This document shows, one piece after another, positions 23,890 through 35,212 of a stretch of 64,000 nt of DNA. Where the stretch lies: assembly GCA_002269645.1 (NCBI GenBank), contig NIVC01000010.1, forward strand, positions 1,550,001 to 1,614,000. Direction: 5' to 3'. Under the pieces are notes generated by a model. The model saw only the letters and a program-made list of their open reading frames with translations, did no database searches and was not told the origin of the DNA. Each line of letters starts with the position of its first letter. The stretch's first letter is position 1. The position numbers and the translations under genes are program-made. The DNA comes from Macrostomum lignano (lineage: Eukaryota).

Positions 23890-25425
23890 GATCCCCTAGT
23901 TGCTGGGCTAGCCTCCCAGATCCTCAGTTGCCGGGCTAGCCTCCCAGATCATCAGTTGCTGAGCCAGTCTCCCAGATCCCCAGTTGCTGAGCCAGTCTCC
24001 CAGATCCCCAGTTGCTGGGCCAGTCTCCCTGATCCTCAGTTGCCGGGCTAGCCTCCCAGATCCCCAGTTGCTGGGCCAGTCTCCCAGATCCCCAGTTGCT
24101 AGGCCAGCCTCCCTAATCCTCAGTTGCTGTGCCAGCCTCCCAGATCCTCAGTTGCTGTGCCAGCCTCCCTAATCCTCAGTTGCTGTGCCAGCCTCCCAGA
24201 TCCTCAGTTGCTGTACCAGCCTCCCAGATCCTCAGTTGCTAGGCCAGCCTCCCAGATCCTCAGTTGCTGGGCTACCAGCCTCCCAGATCCTCAGTTGCTG
24301 GGCTACCAGCCTCCCAGATCCTTAGTTGCTGGGCTAGCCTCCCAGATCCTCAGTTGCCGGGCTAGCCTCCCAGATCATCAGTTGCTGTGCCAGCCTCCGA
24401 GATTCTCAGTTGCTGGGCCAGACTCCCAGATCTTCAGTTGCTAGGCCAGCCTCTCTAATCCTCAGTTACTGGGCCCGTCTCCCAGATCCTCAGTTGCTGA
24501 GCCAGCCTCCCAGATCCTCAGTTGCTGTGCCAGCCTCCCAGATCCTCAGTTGCTAGGCCAGCCTCCCAGATCCTCAGTTGCTGGGCTACCAGCCTCCCAG
24601 ATCCTTAGTTGCTGGGCTACCAGCCTCCCAGATCCTTAGTTGCTGGGCTACCAGCCTCCCAGATCCTCAGTTGCTGGGCTACCAGCCTCCCAGATCCTTA
24701 GTTGCTGGGCTAGCCTCCCAGATCCTAAGTTGCCGGGCTACCAGCCTCCCAGATCCTTAGTTGCCGGGCTAGCCTCCCAGATCATCAGTTGCTGGGCCAG
24801 TCTCCCAGATCCTCAGTTGCTGTGCCAGCCTCCGAGATTCTCAGTTGCCGAGCCAGACTCCCAGATCCTCAGTTGCTAGGCCAGCCTCCCTAATCCTCAG
24901 TTGCTGGACCAGTCTCCCAGATCCTCAGTTGCTGTGCCAGCCTCCCAGATCCTCAGTTGCTAGGCCAGCCTCCCAGATCCTCAGTTGCTGTGCCAGCCTC
25001 CCATATCCTCAGTTTCTGGGCCAGCCTCCCAGATCCTCAGTTGCTGTGCCAGCCTTCCATATCCTCAGTTGCTGGGCTACCAGCCTCCCAGATCCTCAGT
25101 TGCTGGGCTACCAGCCTCCCAGATCCTCAGTTGCCGGGCTAGCTTCCCAGATCATCAGTTGCTGGGCCAGTCTCCCAGATCCTCAGTTGCTGTGCCAGCC
25201 TCCCAGATCCTCAGTTGCTGTGCCAGCCTCCGAGATTCTCAGTTGCCGGGCCAGACTCCCAGATCCTCAGTTGCTAGGCCAGCCTCCCTAATCCTCAGTT
25301 GCTGTGCCAGTCTCCCAGATCCTCAGTTGCTGGGCTAACAGCCTCCCAGATCCTCAGTTGCTGGGCTAACAGCCTCCCAGATCCTCAGTTGCTGGCCTAC
25401 CAGCCTCCCAGATCCTCAGCTGCTG
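23890..25425. repeat. 28/32-bp minisatellite (GCCTCCCAGATCCTCAGTTGCTGTGCCA) filling intron 2
   Basis: Tandem units read directly. Confidence 0.96.
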
Positions 25426-25531
25426 AGCCACCTGCAGCCCTCCCAGATTGGTCTGTACGTGATACACCATCTTTACTACTCCCAGCTTGGAGACTGACAG
25501 TTGCGTAACTTGATCCCCAAATAAACATCAG

Positions 25532-25906
25532 GTCCGGTCTGGCAGCCAGTTGGCCAGCTTGCGGAGCCCTGTGACAGGCCGCAGCCTGCCATGCTACATC
25601 TATTCCGAACGTGACTATATATCCGACGAAATTCGCAAGCGCACGGGCTTCGAGACTAACAATGTAGCCGCTTTAATTGGTTTATTGCGTCGGATTAAAT
25701 CTGACAAAGGCATCGCGCCAAACGGCGTCACCTTTGTCGATGTCGGATCAAATATCGGCGTCTTCTCCTTGGCGGCCATGGACTTGGGAGTACCTGTGGT
25801 GTCGCTAGATGCCAATATTCGAAACCTGCTACGCATCCGACTCTCGGCCGAAGCTTTGATGACTAGAAATCGTCTGAATAAGAGTGCTAGCGATATAACA
25901 ACTGCG
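25532..25906 (+). CDS. FkbM-family methyltransferase exon 3 (SAM-binding motif I)
   Basis: Acceptor CATCAG|GTC; FVDVGSNIGVFSL and VVSLDAN; donor GCG|GTGAGT, phase 0. Confidence 0.85.
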
Positions 25907-25922
25907 GTGAGTGACAGTCACT

Positions 25923-26878
25923 GAGGTGTGTATATAAGATGTATGAGATCTATACGAGGTGTAAAAATGATCTAAATGAGGTGCGAAAATGATCTAAATG
26001 AGGCGTGAAAATGATCTAAATGAGGTGCGAAAATGATCTAAATGAGGTATGAAAATGATATAAATGAGGTGTGAAAATGATCTAAATGAGGTGTGAAAAT
26101 GATCTAAATGAGGTGTGAAAATGATCTAAATGAGGTGTGAAAATGATCTAAATGAGGTGTGAAAATGATCTAAATGAGGTGTGAAAATGATCTAAATGAG
26201 GTGTGAAAATGATCTAAATGAGGTGTGAAAATGATCTAAATGAGGTGTGAAAATGATCTAAATGAGGTGTGAAAATGATATAAATGAGGTGTGAAAATGA
26301 TCTAAATGAGGTGTGAAAATGATCTAAATGAGGTGTGAAAATGATCTAAATGAGGTGTGAAAATGATCTAAATGAGGTGTGAAAATGATCTAAATGAGGT
26401 GTGAAAATGATCTAAATGAGGTGTGAAAATGATCTAAATGAGGTGTGAAAATGATCTAAATGAGGTGTGAAAATGATATAAATGATTAATGAGGTGTGAA
26501 AAAGATCTAAATGATTAATGAGGTGTGAAAATGATCTAAATGAGGTGTGAAAAAGATCTAAATGAGGTGTGAAAATGATATAAATGATTAATGAGGTGTG
26601 AAAAAGATCTAAATGATTAATGAGGTGTGAAAAAGATCTAAATGATTAATGAGGTGTGAAAATGATATAAATGAGGTGTGAAAAAGATCTAAATGATTAA
26701 TGAGGTGTGAAAAAGATCTAAATGATTAATGAGGTGTGAAAAAGATCTAAATGATTAATGAGGTGTGAAAGATGATCTAAATGATTAATGAGGTGTGAAA
26801 AAGATCTAAATGATTAATGAGGTGTGAAAATGATCTAAATGAGGTGTGAAAAAGATCTAAATGAGGTGTGAAAATGAT
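25923..26878. repeat. 22/29-bp minisatellite (GAGGTGTGAAAATGATCTAAAT) filling intron 3
   Basis: Tandem units read directly. Confidence 0.96.
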
Positions 26879-26940
26879 GTACCTGATGCGTGAAGCGTAC
26901 CTGCTGAGAAGTTTAGCTGTTTCAACCCCAACCCTTTCAG

Positions 26941-27405
26941 ATCCGCTCCCATCTAGTGTGGAATTTCATCAGCAGCCGGGTGTCACTCTCCTATCTGAAC
27001 TTTCCTGTCGATTGTAACGTCGGAGGAGCCACGAAATTCTCTCGGGCGGTAGCGGACACGATCCCTGTGATGTCCAGCTCTGGCAACGCATTGGCCCGCA
27101 TCCTTGACCCAGGCTCTACCCTAATCATGAAGATCGACATTGAAGGTGGAGAAGCAGATTTTTTGAAAACTTCCTACCAACTTTTTGATAACTTTTCTAT
27201 ACCTGTAGTGCAGATGGAATGGCTTAGGCGGCATATGTCGCGCGATGAGATGGTTTTTATGATGAATTTTTTTACTAGCAGAGGCTACGTGCCGACACTT
27301 GGCGGCAGTTTTGCCTCGCTGAGCACTGCTCGACTGGCTAGGTTCAATGGCGATATTTTTTGGACTAAGCTTAGCTTTTTTAACCAGGGCCATTTGTTTG
27401 CCTAG
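26941..27405 (+). CDS. FkbM-family methyltransferase exon 4 (terminal)
   Basis: Acceptor CCTTTCAG|ATC, phase 0; LIMKIDIEGGE and VVQMEW motifs typical of FkbM/Methyltransf_21; stop TAG at 27403-27405. Confidence 0.88.
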   Translation: MRSHLVWNFISSRVSLSYLNFPVDCNVGGATKFSRAVADTIPVMSSSGNALARILDPGSTLIMKIDIEGGEADFLKTSYQLFDNFSIPVVQMEWLRRHMSRDEMVFMMNFFTSRGYVPTLGGSFASLSTARLARFNGDIFWTKLSFFNQGHLFA

Positions 27406-27412
27406 CATGACC

Positions 27413-27848
27413 TCGAATACTAAAATAACTGGATGAGCCACTCAGGCATAGTAAAACAGTTTTCTACTTTCAGTTCAGTAGCAAAGAAGAATACATAAGC
27501 TATTTTATAAAATAAAGGCAGCTGAAATTGCTGATAAGTTTAGAAGCCCACAAGCTTGCAGGCGTAAACAGCTTGCTAATTGGTTCAGCCAGAATGTACA
27601 TTAGCCAGTCTACTGAAATGTACATGGCAGCTTTAGGCTGGAGTTCCGAGAGAGGCAATAAAATTGGGGTGGGGCGGGGGGTGTGGAAAGGCGCGGTTGG
27701 AGGGTTCAAGCTGGGGGGTTAAGAGCCAATAAATGAGCCTTGGCTATAAAAATACATTAAAATGCTTACTGTCTAACCTACTACTGAACTGAAAGTAGAT
27801 TACACGTAAATGTGCTGAGTGGCCCATCTAGTTATTCTAGTGTCTTTG
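27413..27848. mobile_element. 436-bp MITE with ~70-bp imperfect TIRs and 9-bp TSD AGCATGACC (Mutator-like)
   Basis: AGCATGACC at 27404-27412 and 27849-27857. TCTACTTTCAGTTCAGTAG (~27463) is inverted against CTACTGAACTGAAAGTAGA (~27784); AATAACTGGATGAGCCACTCAG is inverted against CTGAGTGGCCCATCTAGTTATT. Confidence 0.75.
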
Positions 27849-28114
27849 AGCATGACCAAGCTATTCAAAGTTTAATTTATTAGACGGAAAATTGTACTTT
27901 TAGCTTTTAACTGATTCCCTGTTTTTTGCCCTAAGATTGAAGTGTCAGGACTTTCCGGTCAGTCCTATGCAACAGCTTTTTTGTCGTGTATTATCGCTTC
28001 TATAGCGTAAATTTTCCTGTTGCATTACATTTCCACACTTTTTGACAATATTGGTCACGTTTCCATGTGAAAAAGTTGTAAATGTAGATTTTTTATCTGG
28101 GAAATATTATAGTT

Positions 28115-30637
28115 ATTGATCTAGCTACTGATGTAGACATTGATCTAGCTACTGATGTAGACATTGATCTAGCTACTGATGTAGACATTGATCTAGCTAC
28201 TGATGTAGATATTGATCTAGCTACTGATGTAGATATTGATCTAGCTACTGATGTAGACATTGATCTAGCTACTGATGTAGACATTGATCTAGATATTGAT
28301 CTAGCTACTGATGTAGACATTGATCTAGCTACTGATGTAGACATTGATCTAGATATTGATCTAGCTACTGATGTAGATATTGATCTAGCTACTGATGTAG
28401 ACATTGATCTAGCTACTGATGTAGACATTGATCTAGATATTGATCTAGCTACTGATGTAGACATTGATCTAGCTACTGATGTAGACATTGATCTAGCTAC
28501 TGATGTAGATATTGATCTAGCTACTGATGTAGATATTGATCTAGCTACTGATGTAGATATTGATCTAGCTACTGATGTAGATATTGATCTAGCTACTGAT
28601 GTAGATATTGATCTAGCTACTGATGTAGATATTGATCTAGCTACTGATGTAGACATTGATCTAGCTACTGATGTAGACATTGATCTAGCTACTGATGTAG
28701 ACATTGATCTAGCTACTGATGTAGACATTGATCTAGCTACTGATGTAGACATTGATCTAGCTACTGATGTAGACATTGATCTAGCTACTGATGTAGATAT
28801 TGATCTAGCTACTGATGTAGATATTGATCTAGCTACTGATGTAGACATTGATCTAGCTACTGATGTAGACATTGATCTAGATATTGATCTAGCTACTGAT
28901 GTAGACATTGATCTAGCTACTGATGTAGACATTGATCTAGCTACTGATGTAGACATTGATCTAGCTACTGATGTAGATATTGATCTAGCTACTGATGTAG
29001 ATATTGATCTAGCTACTGATGTAGACATTGATCTAGCTACTGATGTAGACATTGATCTAGCTACTGATGTAGATATTGATCTAGCTACTGATGTAGATAT
29101 TGATCTAGCTACTGATGTAGACATTGATCTAGCTACTGATGTAGACATTGATCTAGATATTGATCTAGCTACTGATGTAGACATTGATCTAGCTACTGAT
29201 GTAGACATTGATCTAGATATTGATCTAGCTACTGATGTAGATATTGATCTAGCTACTGATGTAGACATTGATCTAGCTACTGATGTAGACATTGATCTAG
29301 ATATTGATCTAGCTACTGATGTAGACATTGATCTAGCTACTGATGTAGACATTGATCTAGCTACTGATGTAGATATTGATCTAGCTACTGATGTAGATAT
29401 TGATCTAGCTACTGATGTAGATATTGATCTAGCTACTGATGTAGATATTGATCTAGCTACTGATGTAGATATTGATCTAGCTACTGATGTAGACATTGAT
29501 CTAGCTACTGATGTAGACATTGATCTAGCTACTGATGTAGACATTGATCTAGCTACTGATGTAGACATTGATCTAGCTACTGATGTAGACATTGATCTAG
29601 CTACTGATTTAGACATTGATCTAGATATTGATCTAGCTACTGATGTAGATATTGATCTAGCTACTGATGTAGACATTGATCTAGATATTGATCTAGCTAC
29701 TGATGTAGATATTGATCTAGCTACTGATGTAGACATTGATCTAGCTACTGATGTAGACATTGATCTAGATATTGATCTAGCTACTGATGTAGACATTGAT
29801 CTAGATATTGATCTAGCTACTGATGTAGATATTGATCTAGCTACTGATGTAGACATTGATCTAGCTACTGATGTAGACATTGATCTAGATATTGATCTAG
29901 CTACTGATGTAGACATTGATCTAGCTACTGATGTAGACATTGATCTAGCTACTGATGTAGACATTGATCTAGATATTGATCTAGCTACTGATGTAGACAT
30001 TGATCTAGATATTGATCTAGCTACTGATGTAGATATTGATCTAGCTACTGATGTAGACATTGATCTAGCTACTGATGTAGACATTGATCTAGATATTGAT
30101 CTAGCTACTGATGTAGACATTGATCTAGCTACTGATTTAGACATTGATCTAGCTACTGATGTAGATATTGATCTAGCAACGACATTGATCTAGCTACTGA
30201 TTTAGACATTGATCTAGATATTGATCTAGCAACGACATTGATCTAGCTACTGATTTAGACATTGATCTAGATATTGATCTAGCTACTGATGTAGACATTG
30301 ATCTAGCTACTGCTGTAGACATTGATCTAGCTACTGATGTAGACATTGATCTAGCTACTGATGTAGACATTGGTCTAGCTACTGATGTAGACATTGATCT
30401 AGATATTGATCTAGCTACTGATGTAGATATTGATCTAGCTACTGATGTAGACATTGATCTAGCTACTGATGTAGACATTGATCTAGATATTGATCTAGCT
30501 ACTGATGTAGATATTGATCTAGCTACTGATGTAGATATTGATCTAGCTACTGATGTAGACATTGATCTAGCTACTGATGTAGACATTGGTCTAGCTACTG
30601 ATGTAGATATTGATCTAGCTACTAATATAGATATTGA
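28115..30637. repeat. 24-bp satellite (TGATCTAGCTACTGATGTAGACAT), a dimer of related 12-mers with interspersed 12-bp units
   Basis: Tandem units; produce the 683-aa STSVARSM artefact ORF. Confidence 0.98.
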
Positions 30638-31280
30638 CCGATCGAGAAATCTGCACCGATTAGAATTTAAATCCATGGAAAACCTAACCTATCTGTTGTG
30701 AGGAAGTATTTAAACGTTTACATGTACATCGTATAGTCAGTATTTGTGTTTTACCGGGCGCTCTAATTGAACTTTTTTAAAATTTAATTATTCTATTTCA
30801 ATGGTATCAATGCACACCGATTTTTGCATCAGTTTTACTACCCCTAATTTTTCTTAATACTAAACTTTTTACTTTTTCCTTTACTTATTTCGTTTTTACC
30901 TTATAGCAAACACTACTCTTAGTTAGTAATTTTTTGATATTTTGATGCTCGAACGAAAATGCTATTATGTTATTAAAAACATACCTGTCGTGCGTCTTTT
31001 TGTGTGCATTTTGTCACTCTGCCGAGTCTTGAACTGGTGGATCTCAATGTTTTTTATCTATGTTTTCTGCTTTTGTTGCTAATTAAATACACGTAGTAAG
31101 CCAGACAGTAAATTCACCATCTATATCAGCAATATATTACATTATTTAAATTGCATGCACCTAGTCAGACATGGCCCATAAAGTTTTCTGATTGGCAACC
31201 TGCTTTTTAAATTCATTTTCTGTGCGTACATGTGCCACCTGTCAATGGCTTTAATGAGGCCTCATATTGTCAATGGCAGA

Positions 31281-31435
31281 TAGGGGTGTCAGCGCCAGCG
31301 GTTTAACGCGTCATTAACTTTCGCGCCACGACGGCAGTTGCCGTGCGGTTCTCACAGCACGGAGTGCCAGCCCCCCAAAGGCACAGAGTGCATGTCTGAC
31401 GATGACGATTGGAAAGTCAGTGCCGCTGTACACCT
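31281..31435 (+). repeat. Degenerate copy of the SINE-like family seen at 23148
   Basis: GGGGTGTCAGCGCCAGCGGTTTAACGCG head-like segment; CCCCCAAAGGCACAG...GCCGCTGTACAC. Confidence 0.45.
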
Positions 31436-32774
31436 AAACAAAACGCACGTTATCTCGTAAGCGTATAGAGCATGAATGTGTAGTCTACGAGCCGGTTAGT
31501 CGCTCCCAATATGGTACCTAATGCCTAATGGTAATTGGCACTCCGTACAATTCTTTGTTTTTATAAGACTAATTTTGATATTGAAATCCTTCCTTGTAGT
31601 TGTATTTTTCTCCAGGGGGGGGGGTCAGTCAACCGCCTGGACTGACTCCCTCAGCCTCAGTCTTGTATCTTACTTTATACGAGCTTGAGGTCTGTTCTGT
31701 GCAGTGGCATTAGGAACTGAGAGGCCGGGCTGACTGTCACGTGACTTAAGTGTACATTTGTTTAATTGGCCGTAGACTGACTGTACATTGGCCATGGGCT
31801 CATTCTTTATGGTGGTAACGGTGGGTGGGTGCCAGGGGCAATAAAAAGGTCCTCCAACTTGGCCGTGTGAATCCGAAGTGGTCTTTTCGTCCACCCCTCG
31901 CTCGCTTCACTTTATTTTTAACGAGCGCCCAGACTTGTTTGGGGGGCTGCCTTGGAATTTAAAATTAGTCCTAGTGTAAAAGAAACTGAGAAGACAAGGC
32001 CCCTAAAGATTAAGCGCAGGCAGAATAGAAATAACGAATCGGTGGAGGACACTGCGAATTTGTAGGCCTATAGCTCGTGTATTAATAGATTTACATTGCC
32101 CGTCGGCCGTCGCAAAGTACTAAGCTACCAAATAAAAATCGCCGTACGCCGTTACACTTCATGTATGCGTGAGTAGCGTAGCGTAACGTTACTCGTACTG
32201 ACGTTAAAGTGTCTGGATTCAATTTCGTGTGACTAATTGCTCTTTTAAATTTTAACTTCACTACGACTTACTTATAGCTTAACTTAGAAAATCTGCATAG
32301 ATAATCTTTATTGTACGAGCGTACATCTGTCATGCTATGGACTTTGTGCTGTAAAAAGCGATAAAAAGACAAAGAAATTGTGCTCTTGCAAAGAAAATTT
32401 GTGGCTAAAGCAATGGCTGTTTGTGTGAACCCATTTGTTACAAAGGTAAGTGAAAAACATTATTTTCTCGCTATCTGCATCATGTATTGTATATAAGAAC
32501 GATTTCTCTCACCTTTCAGTCAGAATTACGCAATTAATTATTAGTTGATTTCTAATCCTAGTATTTATCACCGTCCGTTTGAGTGACCTTCACTTGTACC
32601 TTGGACAAGACATGCTCGGATCCGATGCTCTGTACAGTCGGTCGATTGCGTAGGTACATCTTGTAACGCAAAGTTTAAGAATCTGGTAATTTTCCAAGAT
32701 GGATAAATGTATCATTGTCTTTTATTATGCTTATCATAACGTTAGCTCATATACTGTAGCTCATAACTGTAGCT

Positions 32775-34548
32775 GGCAGCCCACAGTTAAAGTATCAGCG
32801 GGGGGTTATTGCAGCCCACAGTTGAACTATCAGCGGGTGTTTATTGCAGCCCACAGTTGAAGTATCAGCTATCAGCGGTGGTTTATTGCAGCCCACAGTT
32901 GAACTATCAGCGGGGGTTTATTGCAGCCCTCAGTTGAACTATCAGCGGGTGTTTATTGCAGCCCACAGTTGAACTATCAGCGGGGGTTTATTGCAGCCCA
33001 CAGTTGAACTATCAGCGGGTGTTTATTGCAGCCCACAGTTGAAGTATCAGCGGGGGTTTATTGCAGCCCACAGTTGAAGTATCAGCGGGGGTTTATTGCA
33101 GCCCACAGTTGAAGTATCAGCGGGGGTTTATTGCAGCCCACAGTTGAACTATCAGCGGGTGTTTATTGCAGACCACAGTTGAAGTATCAGCGGGGGTTTA
33201 TTGCAGCCCACAGTTGAAGTATCAGCTATCAGCGGGGGGTTATTGCAGACCACAGTATCAGCTATCAGCGGGGGGTTATTGCAGACCACAGTATCAGCTA
33301 TCAGCGGGGGTTTATTTCAGACCACAGTTGAAGTATCAGCTATCAGCGGGGGTTATTGCAGACCACAGTTGAAGTATCAGCGGGGGTTTATTTCAGACCA
33401 CAGTTGAAGTATCAGCTATCAGCGGGGGGTTATTTCAGACCACAGTTGAAGTATCAGCGGGGATTTATTGCAGACCACAGTTGAAGTATCAGCGGGGGTT
33501 TATTGCAGCCCACAGTTGAAGTATCAGCGGGGGTTTATTGCAGCCCACAGTTGAACTATCAGCGGGGGGTTATTGCAGACCACAGTTGAAGTATCAGCGG
33601 GGGTTTATTTCAGACCACAGTTGAAGTATCAGCTATCAGCGGGGGGTTATTTCAGACCACAGTTGAAGTATCAGCGGGGGTTTATTGCAGCCCACAGTTG
33701 AAGTATCAGCGGGGGTTTATTGCAGCCCACAGTTGAACTATCAGCGGGTGGATATTGCAGACCACAGTTGAAGTATCAGCGGGGGTTTATTGCAGCCCAC
33801 AGTTGAACTATCAGCGGGTGGTTATTGCAGACCACAGTTGAAGTATCAGCGGGGGTTTATTGCAGCCCACAGTTGAAGTATCAGCTATCAGCGGGGGGTT
33901 ATTGCAGACCACAGTATCAGCTATCAGCGGGGGTTTATTTCAGACCACAGTTGAAGTATCAGCTATCAGCGGGGGGTTATTGCAGACCACAGTTGAAGTA
34001 TCAGCGGGGGTTTATTTCAGACCACAGTTGAAGTATCAGCTATCAGCGGGGGGTTATTTCAGACCACAGTTGAAGTATCAGCGGGGATTTATTGCAGACC
34101 ACAGTTGAAGTATCAGCGGGGGTTTATTGCAGCCCACAGTTGAAGTATCAGCGGGGGTTTATTGCAGCCCACAGTTGAACTATCAGCGGGGGGTTATTGC
34201 AGACCACAGTTGAAGTATCAGCGGGGGTTTATTTCAGACCACAGTTGAAGTATCAGCTATCAGCGGGGGTTATTGCAGACCACAGTTGAAATATCAGCGG
34301 GGGTTTATTTCAGACCACAGTTGAAGTATCAGTGGGGATTTATTGCAGACCACAGTTGAAGTATCAGCTATCAGCGGGGGGTTATTTCAGACCACAGTTG
34401 AAGTATCAGCGGGGATTTATTGCAGACCACAGTTGAAGTATCAGCGGGGGTTTATTGCAGCCCACAGTTGAAGTATCAGCGGGGGTTTATTGCAGACCAC
34501 AGTTGAAGTATCAGCGGGGGTCTATTGCAGACCACAGTTGAAGGATCA
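32775..34548. repeat. ~35/42-bp minisatellite (GCAGACCACAGTTGAAGTATCAGCGGGGGTTTATT) with a ~660-bp higher-order duplication
   Basis: Tandem units; near-identical ORF pairs at 33166/33825 and 33201/33860. Confidence 0.95.
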
Positions 34549-35212
34549 TTGGGACCAAAAGGTTTTTCATTTGCGAGTCGTCGACCTATACTCTACACGA
34601 ATATCCCGCCTTCACCCCTATAAGTAGTATAACTACGTACAACCATGGTAAGGAAGTAACTTACCCTTTTATTTCTATTCAAACAGAGTTGCTTTTATTA
34701 AAAAAACTAACGAACGCTTCAGAGTTTGACAGATTCCACTGTCAATATTATTGCAGATTCATACTTTCTCAGATATATTAGCATTTCTTGCATTCTATTT
34801 CTCAATTTTTATACAAGAATAGAGAATTTCCAATCTTAACCCCACCAGAATCTATGATGAATATTCGCGGCCAATCAAGCAGTGGTCTATTCGAGGCGTC
34901 CAATGGTTTCTGTTTAGTAAGTCTGACCTCCCTGCAGTATCCGCCTGTCCTCTCTGTGAAGCTTCTGGCAAACTCAAAGCGTTTATAAAAATATCCTCTC
35001 TCTTCCCCATCTTTTCGAGTGTCATCCCATCGGACAGACTGTTTGTAACCCAATTCTTGTGTATAAATCTATAGATATAATTAATCTGTGTACAATTTAT
35101 AAATATAAGTAGTTCCATTAACTTGATCTTCACTTTACAGTAAGTTAATGACGAATAAATATGCTGTAACAATTTTGCTATTAATAATGCATGCAGACAT
35201 TTTCTAGAATTT

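Noticed and set aside
11799-27405. Lectin and glycan-methyltransferase candidate as a functional gene cluster
   Set aside because: They are ~9 kb apart, divergently oriented and separated by TE debris; proximity alone is not evidence in an animal genome.
28093-30144. 683-aa ORF (STSVARSM)n, and similar long ORFs over the arrays at 0.3-2.9, 12.4-12.9, 24-25.4, 41-42.4, 45.5-48.3, 51.6-53.2, 55.4-55.9 and 59.2-61.9 kb
   Set aside because: These are stop-free frames of tandem units, often open in several frames or on both strands, with no splice context or domain signature. Several lie inside introns of real genes.
32413-32451. ATG-initiated 11-codon segment (MAVCVNPFVTK) ending in a perfect AAG|GTAAGT donor
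   Set aside because: No downstream in-frame exon could be identified; it may be a UTR exon but cannot be supported from sequence alone.
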